From assembly GCA_963741945.1 (NCBI GenBank), contig CAVUKA010000005.1, positions 512,001-576,000 of the forward strand: 64,000 nucleotides of DNA. The letters run 5' to 3'. Position 1 is the stretch's first letter, and every line of letters starts with the position of its first letter. The stretch comes from an uncultured Gemmatimonadales bacterium. Its GTDB lineage: Bacteria; Gemmatimonadota; Gemmatimonadetes; Longimicrobiales; RSA9. Shown here piece after piece: positions 1 through 10,010 of this stretch. Both the position numbers and the translations under genes were made by a program. The notes under the pieces are model-generated. The model saw nothing but the letters and a program-made list of their open reading frames with translations. It was not told the origin of the DNA and ran no database searches.

Positions 1-77
1 CCACCACCATCGGGGCCGGGATCCTGCTCATCTTCCTCGTTCCCCTCCTCCGACGCCTCATGAGCGGCGTCCACTGA
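1..77 (+). CDS. 3' end of a membrane transporter, possibly POT/peptide MFS family (partial)
   Basis: Frame reads TTIGAGILLIFLVPLLRRLMSGVH* (TGA 75-77). A hydrophobic helix followed by an 'RRLMxGVH' tail is typical of POT-family peptide transporters. Confidence 0.5.
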   Translation, partial: TTIGAGILLIFLVPLLRRLMSGVH

Positions 78-119
78 TCGCAGCGGGCCACCGGCAGGCT
101 CGGACCTGGCGATTTGGAC

Positions 120-155
120 AGAAGGCCCCCGGCTGGCACCGGCCGGGGGCCTTCT
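120..155 (+). terminator. GC-rich hairpin, probable intrinsic terminator
   Basis: AGAAGGCCCCCGGC (120-133) is the reverse complement of GCCGGGGGCCTTCT (142-155); lies just after the upstream stop codon. Confidence 0.6.
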
Positions 156-250
156 CGCGTCGGGTCAGACGGAAAGTGTAGCCCTTCCCCCCATTCGAAC
201 CCCATATTCCACCCGGAGCCCCGGCCTCACCCTGCACTGACGGAGGTGCC

Positions 251-1402
251 GTGTCCCGCTTGCGCCCGCCCGCTCTGGTCGCCGCCTTCGCCCTCGCCCT
301 GGCGGTGACCGCGGTCCCCTGTCAGGCGCAGGAGCCAGTCCCGGCCGATCACGCGGCCGCCCTCTACCGCGCGGCGCTGGCGCTGGAATCCGAGCAGTCG
401 TACGACCTGGCGGACGCGCTCATGGAGTACATCCTCCGGCACTACCCGGACAGCGATGCGGCCGCGGCGATCGTCCGGACGCGATCACAGCCGGGGAGGC
501 GGCGGCTGGACACCAGCGGTCGAACCGAGCTGGTGGTCTGGAGCACGCTGTACGGGTTGTGGCTGGGGGTGGCCGTGCCGGGGATGCTGGGCGCCGAAAA
601 TGCTGCGGCGTACGGCGCGGGCCTGCTCGTGGGCGGTCCACTGGGGCTCGGGACGGCGATGACGGCGACGCGCGGACGTCCAGTGAGTGATGGCACGGCA
701 GCGGCCATCACGTTCGGCGGCACGTGGGGTACGTGGCAGGGGTGGGGCTGGGCGGATGTCCTGGGCTCGCGCAGGCGGTGTGAGCCGGACAGCTACTCCG
801 GCGGCGAGTGGTGCTACGACGACGGCCCATCGGCGGAGGCGGTGCTCGGCTCGATGATCGCCGGGGGCGTGGCGGGGATCCTGGTAGGATCGCGGATCGC
901 CGGCACACACGGCATCACGCCTGGACAGGCGAGCACGACGAGCCTGGCTGCGGTGTGGGGCATATGGTACGGCTACGCTCTCTCCGTGCTGACGGGCCTG
1001 GATGGATCGAGTGACGGCGCTTTGACGGCGGCGCTCGTGGGTGGAGACCTCGGACTGCTGATCGGGGCCGGCATCGCGCGTCGGCGCCACCCGACGCGGA
1101 GCGCGGCGCGCCTGGTGAGCATCGCCGGCGTGGCCGGCGGTCTCGCCGGCCTCGGGCTCGACCTCATCGTCCAGCCATCGAGCGACGGGGTGGCCGTGGG
1201 CATTCCGATGGCCACGAGCGCGCTGGCACTGGCGGTGGCCGCGAGCGCGATATCATCGAGGCCGTCCAGCGAGACCGGGCTCCGCGCGGGTGCGCGCGGG
1301 GATTGGCGGATCGGCGGACCGGTCGTTCCCGCGTTCCGCCGGGACGATGGGGGGCGGCTGCGCCCGGCGCTCGCCATGACGCTGCTCAGCGGGCGGTTCT
1401 AG
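251..1402 (+). CDS. Membrane protein with signal peptide, TPR-like helix pair and repeated glycine-zipper hairpins
   Basis: GTG start after GGAGG; signal peptide (AVPCQA); 'YDLADALMEYILRHYPDS' TPR-like; several GxxxG/GxxWG hydrophobic segments. Confidence 0.7.
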   Translation: MSRLRPPALVAAFALALAVTAVPCQAQEPVPADHAAALYRAALALESEQSYDLADALMEYILRHYPDSDAAAAIVRTRSQPGRRRLDTSGRTELVVWSTLYGLWLGVAVPGMLGAENAAAYGAGLLVGGPLGLGTAMTATRGRPVSDGTAAAITFGGTWGTWQGWGWADVLGSRRRCEPDSYSGGEWCYDDGPSAEAVLGSMIAGGVAGILVGSRIAGTHGITPGQASTTSLAAVWGIWYGYALSVLTGLDGSSDGALTAALVGGDLGLLIGAGIARRRHPTRSAARLVSIAGVAGGLAGLGLDLIVQPSSDGVAVGIPMATSALALAVAASAISSRPSSETGLRAGARGDWRIGGPVVPAFRRDDGGRLRPALAMTLLSGRF

Positions 1403-1489
1403 CGCGCGGCTGGCCCCGGTGCAAAGCTGCGCCCGGCGAGCCCCGGCGGCGCCCGGGGGGCCCCGGCGTGGTGTCCCGAGGTCGGGGCG

Positions 1490-2032
1490 TCAGCCGTCCT
1501 GCCGGCCCATGCGGCGCTTCAGGTCTTCCAGGCGGGTGTCGGCCGAGCGGCCTCGCTCCGCGTCTTCCAGGTTCCGGAACTCGGGTTCCCGTGGATGGGC
1601 ATTCAGGTCGTCCAGCTCGGGCCGGATCTCCTCCGGGATCCGGCCCTCCTGGAGCGCCCGCTCCATCTCGTCGAGGTCCCTGCGACACAGGTCCCGCTCC
1701 GCTGCCAGAGCCTCGATCTTCCGTTCGAGCACGCCCGCCCGCTCCCGGTGTCGCTCGCCGTACTCGGCAGCGATCCTGGCCGTCTCGCCGTCGTCGATGT
1801 CGCGCGCCAGGCGCTCCCTGCGGTCGCACGCCTCCGCCTGCTTGCGCTCCTCCTGCAGCCGGAGCCGCGCGTCCCCGATGTCGCGGTCCAGGTGCTCGAT
1901 CTGACTGCGGGCGCCAGCCACCTGCCGGTACACACCGTGTCCGGCGTCCCCGGCCGGTCCGGCCGCCATCTCTCGCCAGAAGTTGTCCACGGCCTCGCGC
2001 CAGGCGCGGCGCAGCTCCGAAAGGCGGCTCAC
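1490..2032 (-). CDS. PspA/IM30-like coiled-coil protein
   Basis: 180 aa all-helical coiled coil; 'ERLARDIDDGETARIAAE' and the C-terminal 'ADTRLEDLKRRMG' resemble PspA features. Confidence 0.55.
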   Translation of the reverse strand: MSRLSELRRAWREAVDNFWREMAAGPAGDAGHGVYRQVAGARSQIEHLDRDIGDARLRLQEERKQAEACDRRERLARDIDDGETARIAAEYGERHRERAGVLERKIEALAAERDLCRRDLDEMERALQEGRIPEEIRPELDDLNAHPREPEFRNLEDAERGRSADTRLEDLKRRMGRQDG

Positions 2033-2041
2033 GCTCGGGTC

Positions 2042-4807
2042 CTAGGCTCCGATCCAGTAATTGATCTTCACGATGAAGACGTTGTCCGGCTGCAGGCGGA
2101 ACATGTCGCGTCCATCCCGCGCCGGGTCGAGGTCGCCGAACGCGCGGTCACCATACCGGTGCTGCTGCCAGACCAGGAACAGCGTGGACCCCGGCTGATA
2201 CTGCCAGCGCAGGACCGCGTTCCCGCGGAGCGACACGACATTGAAGTCGCCATCCTCGAAGGTAGCGTCGATGGCGCCGTCGCCATTGAAGTCGACGTAG
2301 CGCTCACCACCCGCGCTGCACGTGGCGCCACCCACGCAAGCCACGTCCCCACCGGCGCCAGGACTCACGGCGGCGCCTTCGGGTAGATCGCGGAAGCGGA
2401 AGGACCCTGCTTCGGCCAGCTGCTTGTAGGCGGTGAACTGTCCCGCCTCGAGGAGCGGCTGGGCGAAGAGCTGGAGGGTCAGGTCGGGGGTGAACGTCAC
2501 GTTGAGACGTGTCTCGAGGGCGAGGGAGCGGCGGTCGAGGTCTCCGAAAATGTAGCGATCTCCGTATGTGGCACGGAAGCTCCCGTCCGGGAAGGCATCC
2601 ACGTACTGCGCCGCGTCGGTGCGCACGGAGTACCTGGGCTCGAGCTGGAGCTCCCACCCGGACGTGGGACGGATCGTGAGCCCGAGCCCTCCATCCACGG
2701 CGCGCCCGGCCCGCCCGCGATTGTAGCTGAGGCGCGCGTCGAGCCGGAGTGGACTTCTGGGATCGGTGTGGAGCCAGGCGCCGGTCCCCGCGGAGGCCGG
2801 CGCGAGCATGAGCGGACCGCCGCGCGTGGCCGCGTCATCCAGCCGTGCGGGCGTGTAGCGGGCGTCCAGCCCCGCGCTCCAGAAGCTGTTGAACGTCCCG
2901 CGAGCGCTCGCGCTCACCGAGCCATTCTTCCGTGACCGGTCCCATGCGGCGGGTGAGAGTGGGCGGCGTACGGCCGAATGGCGCCACGCCTGGTCGATCG
3001 AAGCGCTGAGCGCGAAATCCCGGAACACGGGACCGGGCTGGATCTCGCGATAGGTCGCCCGGCCGCCGGCACCCAGCCGCTCACTGGCGCCGGAGTAGCC
3101 GAGGTCGTTGACCTCGAACCGCGGCGTCACTTCGCCCATCCACGCGGCGCCCGTCCAGTGGCGGCCGCTCCGGCGCTGGAGCTCGAGCCGCCATTCGATG
3201 CCGGTGAGGGCTGTCCGGGTGGAGTCGACCCTGAAATCGGAGTCGGGCCGCTGGAAGTAATGGTTGCTCGATTCCTGGATCGCGATGAGCGCGGCGCTGT
3301 CCCCCCGCACGGAGCTCGCCGCCACGAACCCGACGAGCGCCCATGCCCGGTCTCCCCACATGTGCTCGAAATCGAGCCCGCCCGTGTACGCGGCGGACGG
3401 CATGAAATCGAACTCGCCGCTGGCCGGCAGCATCCGCCGGACGGCCGTCACGATACCACCCACCGCGGTGGCGCCCTGGCGGAAGTCCTGGCGGAGCCGC
3501 GCCACGCCGTAGTAGCCGCGGGGCTGCGCCAGGTACTCCGAGAGGGTATCCGCCGCGACGGCGGCACTTCCATGGACCAGCGCGCGGCCGCGTTCCTCCG
3601 CGGTGACCGCCACCAGGCCGCCGACGGACAGCCCCCCGGTGCTCCGCCCGGTGAGCTTGGCCGCGCCCAGGATGGTGCTCTGCGACGGGGCGTCGACGAA
3701 CTCCGCGCCGTCGGGCGCAGACCCCTGGGGCGCCCGTCCGATGCGGCGGCTGTAGAACAGCGAGCTCCGGTGGCCCGAGAGATCGAAGCTCAGGATGCGG
3801 GCGTCCTCCACGAAGAACGGCCGCTTCTCGGGGAAGAACGTCTCGAATGCGGACAGGTTGATCACCGCCGGGTCCAGCTCCACCTGGCCGAAATCGGGGT
3901 TGACCGTGGCATCGAGCGTGAACGCGCTGCCGAGGCCGTAGCGGATGTCGGCGCCGGCCGCGGCCTCCGTGGCGCGCCCGCTGAAGAACGGGTCTCCCGC
4001 CTCCGCAGGCCCGGTTACGGTCCGCCCGAGAGCATACGGGCGAATCTCCACCCGTCGCCGCCCGGATGGCGCCCTGATGCCCGAGATCGTCCGGAAGAAG
4101 CTGACCCGGCCATGGCGGCTGCGGGGGATGAGGGCGTAGTAGGTCCGCTCCCCGGCCCCGACGCGCCAGCGCTGGAAGTTGACCCCCCAGGTCTGGGAAG
4201 TGTCCGACGGCTCATAGCGGATCTGCGACCATGGGATCCGCATCTCCACCACCCATTCGTGCTCGTGGCGCTGCACCTTCGAGTCCCAGACCGCGTTCCA
4301 CGACACGTCCTGCTGGTTGTCGTCGAACACGTACGCGTCCCACTGCACGCCCGCGGCGGTCACGCGGAACTCGTAGCCCGTGCGCCGGTCGCGGTTCGAG
4401 TCGAAGGATGCCTGGAAGTAGTCCGCCTGACCCGTCTCGTCCCGGCGAACCAGCTGGTGGGCGATCCGGCCGGGCGACGGCTCATACAGGCGCGCACCCA
4501 CGTAGATCGCGTCCTCGTCGAACAGGAGCCGCACTTCCGTCCGCGCATCGGGACTCGCCCCCTCCACCGGCTCCCCCTGCACGAAGTCCGTGATCGGCTC
4601 GGCCCGGCTCCACGCCGCCTCGTCCAGGCGGCCGTCAATGCGCACGGGGCCGAAGCGGTCCGTCGCCCTCAGGTCCGATGATGATGCGCCGCCCGCGAAG
4701 CCGGCCGCCGCCCCGCCGCGCTGCGCCGCCGCCGGCACGGCCGCGAACGCAGCGCAGGCGACGACGGTGAGGATGCGGATCGCCCTCCCCCCCGCGTCGC
4801 TCGTCAC
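2042..4807 (-). CDS. CBM9-like + DUF5916 domain secreted/outer-membrane protein
   Basis: Signal peptide, 'RIDGRLDEAAW', 'WVVEMRIPWSQIRY', 'LDATVNPDFGQVELD...FETFFPEKRPFFVE', terminal 'VKINYW'. GTG start at 4807 overlaps the upstream TGA (GTGA). Confidence 0.85.
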   Translation of the reverse strand: MTSDAGGRAIRILTVVACAAFAAVPAAAQRGGAAAGFAGGASSSDLRATDRFGPVRIDGRLDEAAWSRAEPITDFVQGEPVEGASPDARTEVRLLFDEDAIYVGARLYEPSPGRIAHQLVRRDETGQADYFQASFDSNRDRRTGYEFRVTAAGVQWDAYVFDDNQQDVSWNAVWDSKVQRHEHEWVVEMRIPWSQIRYEPSDTSQTWGVNFQRWRVGAGERTYYALIPRSRHGRVSFFRTISGIRAPSGRRRVEIRPYALGRTVTGPAEAGDPFFSGRATEAAAGADIRYGLGSAFTLDATVNPDFGQVELDPAVINLSAFETFFPEKRPFFVEDARILSFDLSGHRSSLFYSRRIGRAPQGSAPDGAEFVDAPSQSTILGAAKLTGRSTGGLSVGGLVAVTAEERGRALVHGSAAVAADTLSEYLAQPRGYYGVARLRQDFRQGATAVGGIVTAVRRMLPASGEFDFMPSAAYTGGLDFEHMWGDRAWALVGFVAASSVRGDSAALIAIQESSNHYFQRPDSDFRVDSTRTALTGIEWRLELQRRSGRHWTGAAWMGEVTPRFEVNDLGYSGASERLGAGGRATYREIQPGPVFRDFALSASIDQAWRHSAVRRPLSPAAWDRSRKNGSVSASARGTFNSFWSAGLDARYTPARLDDAATRGGPLMLAPASAGTGAWLHTDPRSPLRLDARLSYNRGRAGRAVDGGLGLTIRPTSGWELQLEPRYSVRTDAAQYVDAFPDGSFRATYGDRYIFGDLDRRSLALETRLNVTFTPDLTLQLFAQPLLEAGQFTAYKQLAEAGSFRFRDLPEGAAVSPGAGGDVACVGGATCSAGGERYVDFNGDGAIDATFEDGDFNVVSLRGNAVLRWQYQPGSTLFLVWQQHRYGDRAFGDLDPARDGRDMFRLQPDNVFIVKINYWIGA

Positions 4808-5082
4808 CAGCTGATCTGCCCTTCCTTGCTGGTGTCGATGTCGTCGGCCTCTCCGCTGCGGAAGAGGAATGCTTCCATGTTCTGCGACAGGAAGTCCCGG
4901 GCCTGGCGATCGCGGACGTCCAGGCCGTAATGGTTGATCAGCGCGGTCTGGTACTGGAGCCATTCCTGCCAGCACGTGCGGCAGATCCCGGCGTGGACCC
5001 GCTCGCCGAGCTCGTTCCGCAGCGGCGGCTTCTCCAGTGTCTCGCCCGTGCGACCGCACCGCTTGCATTCGATTGTAGCCAT
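4804..5082 (-). CDS. yggX: Fe(II)-trafficking / oxidative damage protection protein (YggX family)
   Basis: MATIECKRCG...PPLRNELGERVHAGICRTCWQEWLQYQTALINHYGL...EAFLF matches the YggX family pattern. Confidence 0.85.
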   Translation of the reverse strand: MATIECKRCGRTGETLEKPPLRNELGERVHAGICRTCWQEWLQYQTALINHYGLDVRDRQARDFLSQNMEAFLFRSGEADDIDTSKEGQISW

Positions 5083-5251
5083 CTGCTGCTCCTTCAGCTG
5101 CTCGTCGGCGCCCCGCCCCCGGTCCCGTCCCCGGGCTCCACGGAGCAGCCCACGCACAAGGTACGTCCACTGCGGCCCGTGTCCACCCCCTCGGGCCCCG
5201 CCTTCGAGCGGCGCTCCGCACCCCCCGCTCCGGCCCCGCCGCCGGTGCCGC

Positions 5252-6688
5252 CTACCCCCCTGCGGCGGGGCGGGAGAGCTGGTCCAGAACGGCCTCCACG
5301 TCCTCCCACGACGTGCGGTGATTCATGATGCACAGGCGCAGCGCGTATTCGCCGCGCACCCGGGTGGAGGAGATGAGCCCCAGCCCGGATTCACGCAGGC
5401 GACGCAGCCGCGCCTCGTTCTCCGCTTCCCCGCCCCGGGCGCGGAAGCAGACGATCCCGAGGCTGGCGGGCGACACCAGCTCGAAGGACCCGGAAGACCG
5501 GATCCACTCCTCCGCCCGCTCGGCCAGCGTCATCCCCCGCTCGATCGCCTGCCGGAACCGCTCCAGGCCGAAGTATCGGACGGAGAGCCAGATCTTGAGC
5601 GCCCGTGCGGATCGGCTGAGCTGCGGTCCTCGTTCTCCGAAGTTCACTTCCCCATCGTCCGGGGCCCGACCCGCGGCGACCCTCGTATCCTGCAGATAGC
5701 TGGCTTCCGAACGGAACGCGTCCACGAGCTCCCACCCGCGGCGGACGAGCAGGCAGCCGGCCTCGAACGGCTGGAACAGCCACTTGTGCGGGTCCAGCGT
5801 GACGGAATCCGCGCGCTCGATCCCCCGGAGCAGGCGGCGGCCGCGTGTGGTCAGCGCCGCGAACCCGCCGTACGCGCCATCGACGTGGAGCCAGAGCTCC
5901 TCCCGGCTGCAGAGATCCGCCAGGTCGTCCAGCGGATCGATTGCGCCCGTGCTGGTGGAGCCGGCATTCGCCGCCACGAAGAACGGCCGCAGCCCGGCCG
6001 CTCGGTCCTCGGCGATCATCTCCTCGAGCGTGGCAGGTGAAAGCCGGAATTCCGGGTCCGTGGCCAGGATCCGCACGCGGCCGGGCGGGAAGCCGAGGAT
6101 CCTCGCCGCCTTCGTCACGGAAGCGTGGGCTTCGGCGGACGCGTACACCACCCCTGCGGCCCACTTCTCCCCCAGGCGAGCCTCACGGGCCACCACGAGT
6201 GCCGAGAGGTTGGCCATCGACCCGCCGCTCAGGAGCAGTCCGGCGGCGGCGTGCGGATAGTCGATCCAGTCCTTGAACCACGACAGCACTTCGAGCTCGA
6301 GCGACGCGTAGCCTGCGGAGCCCATCCACGTTCCCGGATAGAGGCCGCTGCCGGCGGCCAGCAGCTCACCGAGCATGCCGGGCCAGGTCGGGCAGCTCGG
6401 GATGAAGGCGAAGAAGCGGGGGTGGTCCGTGCTGAGCCCATACGGCAGCACGTCCTCGAAGAGCTGATCGAGCAGCGCGTCGAACGGCATCGGGCGCTCG
6501 GGATCCGATCCCCGGAGCCGCTGACGCATGGCCTCCCGCGTGGCTCCCCGCCAGGCCGGCCCCTCCCCCACTCCGGCCAGCCGGTCCACCAAGCGGTCCA
6601 CGAGATCGTGCCCCATGGCACGCATGGCCTCCGGCGCGATGTCCAGTCCCGTGGGCGCAAGCGGGCGCCCGGCGTCGTTTTCGCTCAT
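5252..6688 (-). CDS. PLP-dependent group II (aromatic amino acid-type) decarboxylase
   Basis: 'HPRFFAFIP', 'SGGSMANL', 'HVDGAYGG', 'DPHKW' (PLP lysine); start MSEND at 6688. Confidence 0.9.
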   Translation of the reverse strand: MSENDAGRPLAPTGLDIAPEAMRAMGHDLVDRLVDRLAGVGEGPAWRGATREAMRQRLRGSDPERPMPFDALLDQLFEDVLPYGLSTDHPRFFAFIPSCPTWPGMLGELLAAGSGLYPGTWMGSAGYASLELEVLSWFKDWIDYPHAAAGLLLSGGSMANLSALVVAREARLGEKWAAGVVYASAEAHASVTKAARILGFPPGRVRILATDPEFRLSPATLEEMIAEDRAAGLRPFFVAANAGSTSTGAIDPLDDLADLCSREELWLHVDGAYGGFAALTTRGRRLLRGIERADSVTLDPHKWLFQPFEAGCLLVRRGWELVDAFRSEASYLQDTRVAAGRAPDDGEVNFGERGPQLSRSARALKIWLSVRYFGLERFRQAIERGMTLAERAEEWIRSSGSFELVSPASLGIVCFRARGGEAENEARLRRLRESGLGLISSTRVRGEYALRLCIMNHRTSWEDVEAVLDQLSRPAAGG

Positions 6689-6853
6689 GCCGCCAAGGTG
6701 GCCGTTCGAGCCGCCGTGCGCGAGGTGCGGGGTGGCCACGGCGGCGCGTTCGCCGTTATCGTCATGCGGTGAAGCGCCGTCTCGGCGCCACTGTTCCCAT
6801 GCCGGCCGCGGCCGGCAGAACCGGCCGGGCCGCGTCCCGGGCTGCGCGAGGAT

Positions 6854-7162
6854 ATGCCTGACTACCGTTTCCGCGTTTCCGACGCCTATTTCGTCCCGCT
6901 CCGCGGGTGGATGCTCCGCCTCAAGCTGCTGAACGGGGACTTCGAGCCGTCCATGCTCAAGCCGGGGCGGTCGCTCCGGCTCCGCGCCCCCGATGGCGCG
7001 GAGCGGACGGTCACCGTGAAGGGCCTCGCGGCCACCGGTGGTTTCCAGAAGAAGCACCGGGTGGATCAATACAAGGAGTTCGACCTTGTCATTCCGGCAG
7101 AGGACGCCGTCCGCGACGACCGCACGGTGGCCATCGGCTGGGAGGCCATTCCTGACAGCTGA
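6854..7162 (+). CDS. Small hypothetical protein, possibly an EF-Tu/SelB domain II-like beta-barrel
   Basis: ATG after GAGGA; 102 aa with coding-like codon bias; 'FRVSDAYFVPLRG...LKPGRSLRLRAPDG..RTVTVKGL' pattern. Confidence 0.6.
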   Translation: MPDYRFRVSDAYFVPLRGWMLRLKLLNGDFEPSMLKPGRSLRLRAPDGAERTVTVKGLAATGGFQKKHRVDQYKEFDLVIPAEDAVRDDRTVAIGWEAIPDS

Positions 7163-7180
7163 CCTGTACCGCGGCCCGTC

Positions 7181-9904
7181 ATGAAGAGGCGCCGCATCCT
7201 CGGCGCAGGGCTCGCGCTGGCCCTGCTCCTCGTGGCGGCCGCCGCTGCCATCGCGCTCCTGATCCCGGAGGACCGGATCGGCGCGATGGCGGCGCGGCGT
7301 GCCGAGTCCGTGCTCGGCCAGCCCGTGAGCGTGGGCGGCGCCCGCATCCTGTTCTTCCCGCATCCGGGCGTGAGGCTATTCGCGGTCAGGGTCGGGACGG
7401 CCGACAGCGGCGCCGCCGTTGCCGCCGTGGACCGCGTGGATCTCACGGCCCGGCTGCTCCCGCTGCTGCGCGGGCGGGTGGTGGTGGACCGCCTGGCCCT
7501 CGATCGACCCCGGCTGCTCCTGCAGGTGGACTCTGCGGGGCGGCCGAACCTGCGCCTCCTGGCGCGTGAGCCGGCCCCGGCGGGCGAAGCCGCCCCGACG
7601 GCCGGGTCTTCCCGGCGTGACATCGCATTCGTCATCCGCAGCATCGAAGTGGAGGATGGCCGGCTCGGCTTCGTCGACCACCGCGACGGGCGCGCCATCC
7701 GTCTCGACGGCTGGTCCCAGCAGCTCAGTCTGGCGGGCGAGATCCGGGGCGGAGCCCTCGCCGTGGTGGACCTCACCGGGGAGGTCAGCTTCGACGACGT
7801 CGACGTTCGGATCCCGGGTGTCCTCCTGCCCCCCCGTGGCCTCCGGCTGCGGCTCCGGCACGACGCCTCGCTCGACCTGACCGACGACCGGCTCGACCTG
7901 CGCAGCGCTTCGCTGACCGTCAACGGCGTCACGCTCGCGGGTCGGGGTGAAGTGCGCGCGGCGCGGTCGAACTCGAGCCGGAACGGGGAGCTTCATTTCC
8001 AGGCCACGGGGGTCGAGGCCGGCGAGTTGACGGCGTGGCTGCCGGAGTCCGTGCGGGAGCGGCTCGCACTTGCCGACGGCCGACCCATCGAGCTGGCGGG
8101 GACCGCTGACCTGGCGCTCGACCTCGAGGGATCGCTGACGCCCGATTCCCTCCCGGACGTTCACGCGGCCATGACGCTCGCCGGTGGACGTGCGCGGGTC
8201 GGCGGAGAGTCGCTGGCGGAGGACGTGGCCGCGGAAGCCTCCCTCTCCCGGGACTCCGTCACCGCTGCCGCCCGGGGCTCCGCGCTCGGGGAGCCGTTCA
8301 CGATCACCGCCACGATGAGTTCGCCGGCGGATCCGACGGTCACGTTCGATGTGGTGGGCGCGGCCGATCTCGGGCGGCTGCGCGGCCTCGGCCTCATCCC
8401 GGACACGGCCGCCATCTCCGGCCGCGTCGCCGCGGACATGGGCGGCGCCATTCCCGTGCACCACCGTGAGCGGACGCGGCTGCGTGGGACGGTTCGCGCC
8501 GACCGTGTCCGTATCAGCGGCATCGGGCCCATCGCCGTGGGAGTGCCCGCGGCGCTGGCGCGCTTCGAAGGCGACGCGGTGCGCGTGGACTCCCTCCCGC
8601 TGACCCTCGGACCCGACGCAACGCCGCTGCTCGTCCGGGGCGCAGTCTGGAACTTCGCGGCGGGACTCCTGGGCCCGCCCGGTACCCCGCTCCGCGCCAC
8701 CCTCTCGGTGGCGGCCGACACCCTGGACCTGGACCGCCTGCTGGGGCCGTCGGAGAGCGCGTACCCGACGCTCCTCTTCGCGCGCCTGCGCGACCGGCCC
8801 GTGGACGGGCGCAGCGCTGCGGACGCGGCCGCGGAGGCCGGAATGCGGCTGCCGCAACTGCCCCGTGCGGAAGCGGGGGTCCGGATCGTCGCCCGCAGGA
8901 TCGTCCGGAACGGGCTCCGCTACGACGACGTGGAGGCCCGCCTCTCGCTCACGCCCGAGCGGCTGCGCGTCGACAGCGCGCGCGCCCGCTTCATGGGCGG
9001 AGCGGTGAGCGGGAGCGGCGAGCTGCGACCGCTCCGGCACGACTCCGCTGGCGCGCCGATCGAAGCGCTGCTGGCGGCCGACTACGCCGTGCAGGCGGTT
9101 GGCGCCGCGCCCTTCTTCGATCGGCTGACACCATTCCGTGACCACCTCACCGGCGCACTGGACCTGACCGGCACCGTGCGCATGACCCTCGACGGGTCCG
9201 CCCTCCCTCTCCGGGAGACCGTGCAGGCGGGTGGAACCGCCGAGCTCTCCGACGGCCGCTTCGCCGGCTGGGCGGCACTGGACAGCCTGGCGGCCCGGCT
9301 CAGCCTCCCCGGCATCGATACGCTCCGGTTCCGTGACTGGGCCGGGAGCTTCGGCATCGACGGGACCATCGTCACACTGGACGAAACCGTTCTGGAGACG
9401 ACCGCGTTCGCCGCCAGGGCGGCCGGCGCTTTCGACCTGAGCGGCGCGCTGGACCTCGAAGCCACGCTGTTCCTCCCGCAGGAGACGCTGGCGCGCGCCG
9501 GCGCGCTCGGCCAGCGGGCCGGGCTCCTGGCCGATGCCAGCGGACGCGTTCCCGTGGGAGTCCGCATCACCGGTACCGCCGGAGCGCCCAGGGTCGCTCT
9601 CGACCTCTCGTCCGCCACCGGCGCGGTGACCGATCGGGCGCGGGCCGCAGCGCAGCAGGAAGCCTCCAAGCTGGTCCAGCGGGGCGCGGCCGCAGCGGCG
9701 GCTCGCCTGGGCCTCTCCGACTCCACGGCGCCCGTGGACTCGGCTGCGGCTCTGCCCCTGGATTCCGCCGGGCGATCGGCGGCGGACTCCGCCGCCGCGG
9801 CAGTCACCGACTCCCTCGGCCAGCGCGCCGACAGCCTGCGCGCTGCCGCACAGGAGGCGCTCCGGAAACGCCTGCGAAAGCTGCTGCCGGGCGGCGGCGG
9901 GTGA
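7181..9904 (+). CDS. AsmA family protein
   Basis: N-terminal TM; 'RVDLTARLLPLLRGRVVVDRLALDRPRLLL'; beta-rich body; C-terminal 'VPVGVRITGTAGAPRVALD'. Confidence 0.85.
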   Translation: MKRRRILGAGLALALLLVAAAAAIALLIPEDRIGAMAARRAESVLGQPVSVGGARILFFPHPGVRLFAVRVGTADSGAAVAAVDRVDLTARLLPLLRGRVVVDRLALDRPRLLLQVDSAGRPNLRLLAREPAPAGEAAPTAGSSRRDIAFVIRSIEVEDGRLGFVDHRDGRAIRLDGWSQQLSLAGEIRGGALAVVDLTGEVSFDDVDVRIPGVLLPPRGLRLRLRHDASLDLTDDRLDLRSASLTVNGVTLAGRGEVRAARSNSSRNGELHFQATGVEAGELTAWLPESVRERLALADGRPIELAGTADLALDLEGSLTPDSLPDVHAAMTLAGGRARVGGESLAEDVAAEASLSRDSVTAAARGSALGEPFTITATMSSPADPTVTFDVVGAADLGRLRGLGLIPDTAAISGRVAADMGGAIPVHHRERTRLRGTVRADRVRISGIGPIAVGVPAALARFEGDAVRVDSLPLTLGPDATPLLVRGAVWNFAAGLLGPPGTPLRATLSVAADTLDLDRLLGPSESAYPTLLFARLRDRPVDGRSAADAAAEAGMRLPQLPRAEAGVRIVARRIVRNGLRYDDVEARLSLTPERLRVDSARARFMGGAVSGSGELRPLRHDSAGAPIEALLAADYAVQAVGAAPFFDRLTPFRDHLTGALDLTGTVRMTLDGSALPLRETVQAGGTAELSDGRFAGWAALDSLAARLSLPGIDTLRFRDWAGSFGIDGTIVTLDETVLETTAFAARAAGAFDLSGALDLEATLFLPQETLARAGALGQRAGLLADASGRVPVGVRITGTAGAPRVALDLSSATGAVTDRARAAAQQEASKLVQRGAAAAAARLGLSDSTAPVDSAAALPLDSAGRSAADSAAAAVTDSLGQRADSLRAAAQEALRKRLRKLLPGGGG

Positions 9905-10010
9905 TTCCCTGCCGCTCCCCGGCCATCGGGCGGTCTGCCGTAAGGCTTGACACCGGTGGCACCGTGGCGGCGTATTAGCCATTCCCTGGACCACGATCGG
10001 AGGCTCACAC

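Noticed and set aside
9947-9980. TTGACA promoter upstream of the gene at 10011
   Set aside because: Perfect -35, but no convincing -10 at 16-18 bp spacing.
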